Positions 26,942-34,207 of a stretch of 64,000 nucleotides of DNA are shown here, piece after piece (the stretch's first letter is position 1; the number at the start of each line of letters is the position of its first letter). A program made the position numbers and the translations under genes. The notes under the pieces are model-generated. The model was given only the letters and a program-made list of their open reading frames with translations, was not told the DNA's origin and made no database searches. Source of the stretch: a virus (lineage: Duplodnaviria; Caudoviricetes); the IMG/VR virus record IMGVR_UViG_3300025707_000003, positions 64,001 to 128,000 of that record; one strand, 5' to 3'.

Positions 26942-26997
26942 TTGATGTAGGGGCGAGTACAGTGAGTCGTTGGATGGTTAAGTTTGGGGTGGATTGA
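26942..26997 (+). repeat. Endonuclease 3'-end repeat, copy B
   Basis: ttgatgtaggggcgagtacagtgagtcgttggatggttaagtttggggtggattga. Confidence 0.95.
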
Positions 26998-27001
26998 TTT
27001 G

Positions 27002-27013
27002 TAGTTTATTTAT
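27002..27013 (+). promoter_or_regulatory. Class I motif
   Basis: Exact consensus upstream of OMP-like gene. Confidence 0.75.
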
Positions 27014-27044
27014 TAGTGTCTATTATCCATAAAGGAGAGACACC

Positions 27045-27575
27045 ATGAGACTTACTATCGCTTTACTCTTATCTGTCTTGCTCACCTCTACGATTTCTCA
27101 CGCTGAAGAGAATAACTGGGAAGTGAGTCTAGGCACAACGCAAATGTTCATCGGTGGGTACGAAGAGGGTTCAATACCTGTACCTACGAACTCTGCCACA
27201 TTCATCTTATCTCGTAAGATGTATGAGAGCTTTGCATTATGGGTTGTGTTCAATCTACCTACCTCCTCTAACAAAAGGTTTACAGAGGAAGGTTTACTTG
27301 TAGAGTCTCAGACACCACCTAGTCTTATGCTAGGTGCGAGTTATGAGTTATTGGGCTATGAGATCTCCGACAAGAAATCTTTAGGTCTTGATGTTGGTGC
27401 TTCAGTCGGACACACGATTACGCTTAATGGTCAGTTCTTCCCTGTGGGTGCGTTTCGTTTGAAGTTCGTTAAAGACGAGGACAGCACTATGTATGCAGGG
27501 GTGACAACCTCACCATATAATCCAGATGGTGATTTGGTTTGGGGTTTGATCTATGGCATGGGGTATAGATTTTAA
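27045..27575 (+). CDS. Outer-membrane beta-barrel-like secreted protein
   Basis: Signal peptide ending SHA|EE, alternating beta strands, C-terminal beta-signal YGMGYRF. Confidence 0.6.
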   Translation: MRLTIALLLSVLLTSTISHAEENNWEVSLGTTQMFIGGYEEGSIPVPTNSATFILSRKMYESFALWVVFNLPTSSNKRFTEEGLLVESQTPPSLMLGASYELLGYEISDKKSLGLDVGASVGHTITLNGQFFPVGAFRLKFVKDEDSTMYAGVTTSPYNPDGDLVWGLIYGMGYRF

Positions 27576-27582
27576 TGTGAGT

Positions 27583-27616
27583 GCGAGTACAGTGGGTCGT
27601 TGGATGGTTAAGTTTG
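27583..27616 (+). repeat. Endonuclease 3'-end repeat, copy C
   Basis: gcgagtacagtgggtcgttggatggttaagtttg identical to 26485-26518. Confidence 0.95.
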
Positions 27617-27624
27617 AGGTTTTG

Positions 27625-27636
27625 TAGTTTCTTTAT
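27625..27636 (+). promoter_or_regulatory. Class I variant plus cassette module
   Basis: TAGTTTCTTTAT. Confidence 0.7.
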
Positions 27637-27684
27637 AATAGATCTTAAGTGATCTCTTTAACCTTAATCAAATGGAGAACCATT

Positions 27685-28164
27685 ATGAGAAGATCTGCAT
27701 CAGAAATCATTAATAACCTTGAGACTCGTATCGCAAGACTTGAAAGACAAGCATATCACCCTGATGACCCACGATCACAAGAGATGGGTGGTTATAGAGA
27801 GCCTGCGGGGGGAGAGTGGCATGAGCCTGAGATTCTTACTGGAAAAAAGTTTCTCAGGTGGTTACAAAATGATCGGGAGATCAAATCCCATTTAAATAAG
27901 AGCGTGTTTATAGATGTTTCTTCATCTACTATCACCTTTGACACATCTTGGTGGTCAAAATATACAAGAAATGGTAATACCTTGGATGGGATTCTATACA
28001 GCATTTGGGACAATCCTATGTTGGGGCGGGATTGGAAGATAAGAGGGAGAAATGTGACTATCAAGGGTTTGTGGGGAGACCTTGTGTACGGGGAGGGTGA
28101 TATTTATGCACAAGAAACCTTTACCATCAAGAAGAGTCGTGGTTCTATCGTTTTAAAGGCATAG
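27685..28164 (+). CDS. Leader-tagged hypothetical protein
   Basis: MRRSASEIINNLETRIARLE; full upstream module. Confidence 0.8.
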   Translation: MRRSASEIINNLETRIARLERQAYHPDDPRSQEMGGYREPAGGEWHEPEILTGKKFLRWLQNDREIKSHLNKSVFIDVSSSTITFDTSWWSKYTRNGNTLDGILYSIWDNPMLGRDWKIRGRNVTIKGLWGDLVYGEGDIYAQETFTIKKSRGSIVLKA

Positions 28165-28295
28165 TCTATCTGTGGCCTTAATTAAGTTATCATCTCTGAT
28201 GATGTTTTAAACAAAGATGAGAGACAAAAGGTTTACACTTAGCCACAAGTGGGGAGTTTTTGTTCCTAGTGGAAGATAGATTTGAATAAGTTTAA

Positions 28296-28307
28296 TAGTT
28301 TGTTTAT
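28296..28307 (+). promoter_or_regulatory. Class I variant
   Basis: TAGTTTGTTTAT upstream of lipoprotein. Confidence 0.7.
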
Positions 28308-28349
28308 ATACCTTTTCTTGAACACACTTAACAAAGAAGGATATTCATT

Positions 28350-28715
28350 ATGAGAAACTTACTCACAATCGCACTTATTGCTCTTACCTTTATTGCTTGC
28401 GACAAGGATAAAGAAGAAACCACACCTAACGATGGTGGTATGGAAGCTGGGGCTACCGCAGGATCAGAGGCAGGATCTGAAGCAGGAACTGAAGCAGGGT
28501 CTGATGCAGGAACTGAAGCAGGGACAGAAATGGACATGATGGTTATGGGTGGTTCTGAAGAGACTACAGACATGGAAATTACTGAAGGTGGTACTGAGTC
28601 TGATATGGGTATGGACGAAGCGGGTATGGAATCTACGGACATGGAAGTAGTTGAGGGTGGTTCAGATGAATCTACGGATATGGGATCTGATACCGAAGCT
28701 GGAACTGAGGGCTAG
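28350..28715 (+). CDS. Acidic low-complexity lipoprotein
   Basis: Lipobox FIA|C; AG(S/T)E repeats and TDM repeats. Confidence 0.7.
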   Translation: MRNLLTIALIALTFIACDKDKEETTPNDGGMEAGATAGSEAGSEAGTEAGSDAGTEAGTEMDMMVMGGSEETTDMEITEGGTESDMGMDEAGMESTDMEVVEGGSDESTDMGSDTEAGTEG

Positions 28716-28755
28716 TAGTCTTGCTCGTCTAAATGGTCTTTAAGATCTTAGAATG

Positions 28756-28787
28756 AACCTCATTTCCCTTTGGGATTTGGGGTTTTT
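28756..28787 (+). terminator. Terminator-like hairpin related to the MCP terminator
   Basis: aacctcatttccc-ttt-gggatttggggtt-ttt. Confidence 0.55.
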
Positions 28788-28794
28788 CCGTTTA

Positions 28795-28806
28795 TAGTTT
28801 GTTTAT
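28795..28806 (+). promoter_or_regulatory. Class I variant plus cassette module
   Basis: TAGTTTGTTTAT. Confidence 0.7.
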
Positions 28807-28856
28807 AAGTGATCTTAAGTGATCTCATTAACCTTAAACAAAATGGAGAAACCATT

Positions 28857-29291
28857 ATGAGAAGATCAGCATCAGAAATTATTAGAGGACTTGAGAATAG
28901 GGTTGCACGACTTGAAAGACAATCCTCAACCAACCGTAGGGCTAGAAAGTACGGGAAAGCGATCACAGACGCTGTTCGGATGCTTAAGAAAGAGGTGGGC
29001 GATGCAGATGCGTCTGAGATTGAAGTGGTGGTGGTAGAGCTAGTCCATTATAAATTTGAGGATCTGCTTAGAGAGATCGAGGACAGAGGTCCTAATGCTG
29101 AAGAGTACTATGAAAATGAAGTTGTAAATAAGTACCCAGCACTGGTCAAAGCAGGTATTCTATCCGCTGAAATATGGATACAACATCCCAAAATAATCCG
29201 AGACCGATACAGGTTGAAAAACTTAAAGGAAGTTAATCTCTTCGCTGAGTGCATTGGGTCAAGAAAATTGGCTGAGGGGCTCAGTTTCTGA
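28857..29291 (+). CDS. Leader-tagged hypothetical protein
   Basis: MRRSASEIIRGLENRVARLE; full upstream module. Confidence 0.8.
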   Translation: MRRSASEIIRGLENRVARLERQSSTNRRARKYGKAITDAVRMLKKEVGDADASEIEVVVVELVHYKFEDLLREIEDRGPNAEEYYENEVVNKYPALVKAGILSAEIWIQHPKIIRDRYRLKNLKEVNLFAECIGSRKLAEGLSF

Positions 29292-29358
29292 TCCCTATTT
29301 AATCTTACAAGATGGGGTCTAAGTTAAGGGATAAGATGCTGTTTGGGGTAGAGTGAGG

Positions 29359-30480
29359 TTAATGGTCGATCCCTTGTTCACATAAAGGACAAGTATCTCC
29401 AATCTCGCACCTAATAGTATCAAGCTCCTCTGTGAGCCTTTCTACCTCTTGTTCGGTGCAAGATATACGACTGAATAGATCAAAGCGTTCAGAAGCGATT
29501 CTGAGGTCTTTTTCGACTTGCGAATCTACATTAGGTAAGTCTACATTAAGTTGTGTGATTTGTAAGATGGTTTGATCTAATTGATTTCTTTTGTGCAAGA
29601 CCCGCTCAAGTGGTGCAGGGTCTTTCACCTCTACATCTGGGATAGGTGGGAATGAGGTTAAGCCAACCTCTACGATACCTTCCATGATCCTTAGTCTGTT
29701 CTTTTCTATACGAACACGCTCAAGGTCTTTAATCCCCATAAAGTCATGTGGGTTCACTTGTGGGAATTTTACATTTTGCAAGGTGGATACGAACTGTGTT
29801 TGAAACATAAAGATTTCTCTCTTTTCTTTGATTGCCCCTAGCTTTTTAACTCTTTCTTCAAGAGTCTTAATCGACCCCTCAAGTGTACTTATATGATTGA
29901 TCGTTTCCCCTACTTCGTCCAACTCGTTAAACTTAGGTAAACGATCCCGCTCAGATACTAAATCTTCATGCTTTACTTTAATGCGTTGATTAAGGTTCTT
30001 AGTTTCGTTCCTAGAGAGACTTGACGCTTTCTCTAGGGCTTCTATTGTCTTTACATCAGATAAAGCACTAGAGAGGACACTAGGTGGCATATCAAGCAAG
30101 AAGATTTGTTCAAACTGTCGAGCGATCTGAGGCCATACAGTTTTTCCATCGACATCTACCGAAACAATGTTCAAGTCATCAAGTTCATCGGGAGTTTTTG
30201 ACCCTACTTTATCTAACTTTTGTCCGTTGATCTCATATTTATTAACCCCTTTACCCTTTTCCCAAATTACCGAGTTGCCATCATCAAAGTTGATGGAGAC
30301 TTTTGATGACTTTTCACCTTGCCTTACATGAGAATATCCCCTTGCATTAGAGAAAGCACCTGCTATGGCTCTTGCACAAGCAGACTTACCTGTATTATTA
30401 GCCCCTGTAATAACAGTAAGACCTTTAACTTCAAAGTCAGCGTGTTTGATAGATTGGTAGTTTTCTATTTTGACTTGCAT
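29359..30480 (-). CDS. SbcC/Rad50 (gp46-like) ATPase, N-terminal half ending at the zinc hook
   Basis: IENYQS, GANNTGKS Walker A, Q-loop, coiled coil, terminal CPLC; no Walker B or signature motif. Confidence 0.8.
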   Translation of the reverse strand: MQVKIENYQSIKHADFEVKGLTVITGANNTGKSACARAIAGAFSNARGYSHVRQGEKSSKVSINFDDGNSVIWEKGKGVNKYEINGQKLDKVGSKTPDELDDLNIVSVDVDGKTVWPQIARQFEQIFLLDMPPSVLSSALSDVKTIEALEKASSLSRNETKNLNQRIKVKHEDLVSERDRLPKFNELDEVGETINHISTLEGSIKTLEERVKKLGAIKEKREIFMFQTQFVSTLQNVKFPQVNPHDFMGIKDLERVRIEKNRLRIMEGIVEVGLTSFPPIPDVEVKDPAPLERVLHKRNQLDQTILQITQLNVDLPNVDSQVEKDLRIASERFDLFSRISCTEQEVERLTEELDTIRCEIGDTCPLCEQGIDH

Positions 30481-30532
30481 GGTGTCTTGTCTCCCATTCC
30501 CTTTATATGAATGATACCGAGTTTAGGTTTTT

Positions 30533-30548
30533 GTAACCCCTTAAATAT
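30533..30548 (+). promoter_or_regulatory. Class II motif GTAACCCCTTAAATAT
   Basis: Upstream of 30582. Confidence 0.6.
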
Positions 30549-30581
30549 ACCCTTATGTAACTCTTGAAAGGAGACTAAGAC

Positions 30582-30806
30582 ATGACAGATCAAAAGGCAC
30601 AACAACTAAGGGATGCATACAATAAGTTCGTTGACCACCCCGATGGTCATTGGAAAGGTTCTGCCATTGCAGTGGTCAACCAAGCTCAGAGATCAATCGT
30701 TCGGGAAGCGATGGACTTTATGGGTTCAATCGTTGACCAAGAGTTAGAACTGAGTGATGGTAATATTGCTCTTTACAGTAAAGGATATTGGGCACATGGA
30801 TTTTGA
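30582..30806 (+). CDS. Hypothetical protein
   Basis: Behind class II motif 30533; RBS aaggag. Confidence 0.65.
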   Translation: MTDQKAQQLRDAYNKFVDHPDGHWKGSAIAVVNQAQRSIVREAMDFMGSIVDQELELSDGNIALYSKGYWAHGF

Positions 30807-31026
30807 GGTATATAAACTAACCGATGCTGAACTTGGGGCAGTAGACTTTTGTAGAGGTCGCTACCTATGGGCTGACATCGTAGCTCAAAACTTAGAGGGT
30901 GATACGCTTACCCTAGATAACATGACTCAACATGAGATGAATGAGGCTATTGAGGTAGAGGGCATTCCTCTCTTAGATGATCGCACTGATCTTTTTCGAG
31001 GACTTATCTCTCTTGAGCCTGTGTGA
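30796..31026 (+). CDS. Hypothetical protein
   Basis: Start reassigned to MDFEVY. Confidence 0.55.
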   Translation: MDFEVYKLTDAELGAVDFCRGRYLWADIVAQNLEGDTLTLDNMTQHEMNEAIEVEGIPLLDDRTDLFRGLISLEPV

Positions 31027-31033
31027 ACTTTAA

Positions 31034-31045
31034 TAGTTTATTTAT
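31034..31045 (+). promoter_or_regulatory. Class I motif plus variant cassette module
   Basis: Exact consensus. Confidence 0.75.
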
Positions 31046-31094
31046 AGATTCTCATAGGAGTCTCTTTAACCTTAACTTGAATGGAGAAACCATC

Positions 31095-31469
31095 ATGAGA
31101 AGATCAGCTAGTGAAATCATCCGTAACCTTGAGGGTCGTATTGCTCGTCTTGAAAAATCGGCTCGTCCGAATGACATAGGTATACATAAAGTAGTCAACA
31201 AATTGGCATATATACATCAATTTTCTTCGGGGTCCATGGTTCTATCTGTGCCTAGTAGAAATGCTGACGAAGTGGTAAGGGCAATCAAGGAGATTGGTGT
31301 GGGAGCAGAGAATCCATTTGAGGAAAACGATATCACTTATAAGAAAGATAATAAAGGACACATGGTTACATTCACTGTTTCATCACCCGAATGGTTAAGA
31401 ACACATGATGTGGTTCTAAGCCTAAAACTAGATGGTTTTTTCCTAGTGTCTCACGATGACTTTAGATGA
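31095..31469 (+). CDS. Leader-tagged hypothetical protein
   Basis: MRRSASEIIRNLEGRIARLE; variant upstream module. Confidence 0.8.
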   Translation: MRRSASEIIRNLEGRIARLEKSARPNDIGIHKVVNKLAYIHQFSSGSMVLSVPSRNADEVVRAIKEIGVGAENPFEENDITYKKDNKGHMVTFTVSSPEWLRTHDVVLSLKLDGFFLVSHDDFR

Positions 31470-31594
31470 GGGGATGTCTGAAACTCCAATTCAGAACCAG
31501 GAATCTCTTGTTGGTAGAGGTTATCTGATCTAAGAGTCTTAAACCTCCTCTAAATAGTATAAGGGTACATATACCCTATATGAGAGGAGAGAAG

Positions 31595-32788
31595 ATGTCA
31601 TTAGACACGAAGTATAGACCTAGAACATACAGCGATGTGCTAGGTCAAAAGGCTACCATCCAAACGCTCAAAGGCTTTATTAAGTCAGATGCAGGTTGGA
31701 GGCAGTCTTACCTATTCGCTGGCCCTTATGGTTCGGGCAAAACTACACTGGGTCGGATCATGGCTCGTGCTTTATTATGTGAGTCGCCTGTTGAGGGTGT
31801 GCCTTGTGATGAATGTCATTCATGTAAAGCTATGCTTGTTGGTAGCCATGACTCATTTATCGAAGTGGATGCGGCTACCAACAGTGGGAAAGCAGATGTA
31901 AAGAAGCTACTCGAAGAGCTAGGTTATTCTTCCTTTTCGGGTAATAAGAAGCTCTACCTCTTTGACGAAAGTCACCAGCTAAGTCGGGATGCACTGGATG
32001 CTCTCTTAAAACCGATGGAGGAGAATGATCGAGGTAGCTTTGATAAGAAGCTCGTCTGTATCTTCGCCACCACTGAACCAGAGAAGATGAGAAAGACGGT
32101 ATTAAGTCGGTGTGCTCCTGCTTTTATCATTCGTCATGTGGATTCAGAAGAAATCGCTGATCGTTTACAAAAGGTTTGTGAGTGTGAGGGATTCGAGTAT
32201 GAGCGTGAAGCATTGGTCTTAATAGCTGACTTTACAGAGGGGCATATTCGAGATGCTTTAAAAGCGATTGAGGGTGTTGCTTCCTCAAATGAAGGCAAGG
32301 TGGGTCTACTAGGTGTAAGGTCTTATCTTCATGTGGATCGCAATGATGTAATCTGTCAGCTATTATTGAGTGATAACTCTAAGTCCTTAAGCCTAGTAGA
32401 TGAGTTATTACAGTCTACCCCTGTGGGTATTGCTTATGACAGGTTGCAATCAGCGTGTATGTTTGCGATTTCTCTTGGGATGAAAGCGGGCGTACCTCCA
32501 CCATATTGGAACAGACCTCTTTTACAAGAGATATGGGATAGGTATGGTATGCCTTTGTTAAGCCTCGCAGACAGTTTAGCGAGTCGCCCGATCAGACCAA
32601 CAGGAGGTATGTTTAAGTGCGATTTATTGAAATGGAAGATTGGGGGTATCCAAACCATACAAGTGACTCAAACTTTAGTAGAGAAAAAATCCCTTGTTTC
32701 AGAGCCTCAAGTGAATAATACACGATTAAAGAGCCAACTTTCGTTGTCTGAGTTTAGTAAGATGGTAAAAAGAATGGTATCTATCTAA
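31595..32788 (+). CDS. dnaX: DNA polymerase III gamma/tau-like clamp-loader subunit
   Basis: KYRP, GPYGSGKTT, C-x8-PCDECHSC Zn site, EVDAATNSG, LFDESH, SRC, GHIRDAL. Confidence 0.9.
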   Translation: MSLDTKYRPRTYSDVLGQKATIQTLKGFIKSDAGWRQSYLFAGPYGSGKTTLGRIMARALLCESPVEGVPCDECHSCKAMLVGSHDSFIEVDAATNSGKADVKKLLEELGYSSFSGNKKLYLFDESHQLSRDALDALLKPMEENDRGSFDKKLVCIFATTEPEKMRKTVLSRCAPAFIIRHVDSEEIADRLQKVCECEGFEYEREALVLIADFTEGHIRDALKAIEGVASSNEGKVGLLGVRSYLHVDRNDVICQLLLSDNSKSLSLVDELLQSTPVGIAYDRLQSACMFAISLGMKAGVPPPYWNRPLLQEIWDRYGMPLLSLADSLASRPIRPTGGMFKCDLLKWKIGGIQTIQVTQTLVEKKSLVSEPQVNNTRLKSQLSLSEFSKMVKRMVSI

Positions 32789-32815
32789 AACCATTCTTTT
32801 TACTGTGAGTTGTAT

Positions 32816-33334
32816 ATGAGAGAAACTTCGTGGGTTGTCCTTGAGCTTTCAACTAAAGGCGAAGATGAAGCCCTCAAAGGGTCGCTCAAAGATCGAATTG
32901 TTTCAAATACTGCTTTTAATGTTGATGATGTCTACATACCTCTAATGGTTCAGAGGTATCATAAACCTATTTGGTTGATGGAGGGTTATATCTTCATTAA
33001 GAGCGGGTATGGAGCTGTAGAGTATTATAGCTTGAAGCAATCTGGTCTTGTAAGAGACATCATCTCACAGCTTGACACTCGTACAGGTCTTATGAGTATG
33101 GGAGTTGTTCCTGACTCAGACCTAAAGAAAATGGTAAAACAAGTTGATAACTTGGGTGGGTCTTTCAAACAAGGAGATTGGGTGCGATTAAAGTCAGGTC
33201 CTTTCAAGAGCTTTGAGGGTGAGGTAGTGATGACTTGGAGAGATGGTGATGTACGAATGTACGCTGTCCATCTCTCTTTTAGAAGTGTAGAAATCGTACA
33301 CACTATAGATTGCCTCTCAATAGAAGGAGCTTAA
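32816..33334 (+). CDS. nusG: NusG-like transcription elongation factor
   Basis: NGN-like N-domain (LMEGYIFI) and KOW FKQGDWVRLKSGPFKSFEGEV. Confidence 0.75.
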   Translation: MRETSWVVLELSTKGEDEALKGSLKDRIVSNTAFNVDDVYIPLMVQRYHKPIWLMEGYIFIKSGYGAVEYYSLKQSGLVRDIISQLDTRTGLMSMGVVPDSDLKKMVKQVDNLGGSFKQGDWVRLKSGPFKSFEGEVVMTWRDGDVRMYAVHLSFRSVEIVHTIDCLSIEGA

Positions 33335-33335
33335 A

Positions 33336-33902
33336 ATGGATCAAAAGCTAATGGAGCAGATTTTTTCTGACGCACATGGACTACAAAACTGTCCGACTCC
33401 AAGCTATGTCTCGGATGATCAGGTTGAAAAGATACATTCAATCTTAGAACATATGAGCAAAGTATCTCCAGTAGAAGCCGATATGGTTGAGTTGCATCTA
33501 TTACATGGATTGAGCCAAGCATATCTCGGAAGGATTTTTGGTTATACACAGCCAAATGTCCATTACAGGGTTAATCGAGGGTTAGATAGATTGAGAGTCT
33601 ATGCACAAATTACAATCTATGAGGAAGCTGAACTCAGAAGATTACTGTCTGGGTTCTTTATAGACAATAAAGACATCGAAGTTTTAGTTCTTTTATACAC
33701 CTACTCTAGCCAAAGCTATGTGGCTCGTCTGTTAGGCGACACACAAGGAAAGATCAGATACAGATATTTGAAGTGTTTAAAAGCGATGGAACAATCACCA
33801 AAATTAGATGAAGTGTATAATACCTTTAAAATCATCAGCGAAAATATCACTCTTCTTAGAGTTTTACCCGAAGATGTTGATCGGAAGAGGGTGATCTTAT
33901 GA
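33336..33902 (+). CDS. Protein with tandem sigma-70 region-4-like HTH domains
   Basis: GLSQAYLGRIFGYTQPNVHYRVNRGLDRLR and SQSYVARLLGDTQGKIRYRY; no region 2 seen. Confidence 0.6.
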   Translation: MDQKLMEQIFSDAHGLQNCPTPSYVSDDQVEKIHSILEHMSKVSPVEADMVELHLLHGLSQAYLGRIFGYTQPNVHYRVNRGLDRLRVYAQITIYEEAELRRLLSGFFIDNKDIEVLVLLYTYSSQSYVARLLGDTQGKIRYRYLKCLKAMEQSPKLDEVYNTFKIISENITLLRVLPEDVDRKRVIL

Positions 33903-34150
33903 CCGATAAGATCTTACCTAAAGACATCGTAAAAAGATGGGTCGCAGAAGTGATGACTCAAAAGTACGACATCACGATACACCCTCAAGAGTATCCTTTT
34001 GGAGAAAAGTTCATACGCAATCTACAACGAGAGGATTGGGATGTGAGTATAATTGAAGACCATAAAATTGTGATCACTTCTAATGACCCGATCAAGCTGG
34101 CACACTTAACAATCAAACTTAGGAATCAAGGATTCCTGATAGAGGATTGA
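33899..34150 (+). CDS. Hypothetical protein
   Basis: ATGA overlap, RBS gaggg. Confidence 0.55.
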   Translation: MTDKILPKDIVKRWVAEVMTQKYDITIHPQEYPFGEKFIRNLQREDWDVSIIEDHKIVITSNDPIKLAHLTIKLRNQGFLIED

Positions 34151-34154
34151 TTTG

Positions 34155-34166
34155 TAGTTTATCTAT
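34155..34166 (+). promoter_or_regulatory. Class I variant TAGTTTATCTAT
   Basis: Upstream of the 2191-aa gene. Confidence 0.7.
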
Positions 34167-34207
34167 TACTGTTAATACTTGTAGATTTAAACTCAAAGGA
34201 GAACACA

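Noticed and set aside
26474-27616. CRISPR array
   Set aside because: Only three repeats of unequal length, separated by whole genes of 400-600 nt; the repeat is a coding 3' end; no cas genes in the window
33336-33902. Complete sigma factor
   Set aside because: Region 2 not recognisable; only two region-4-like HTHs
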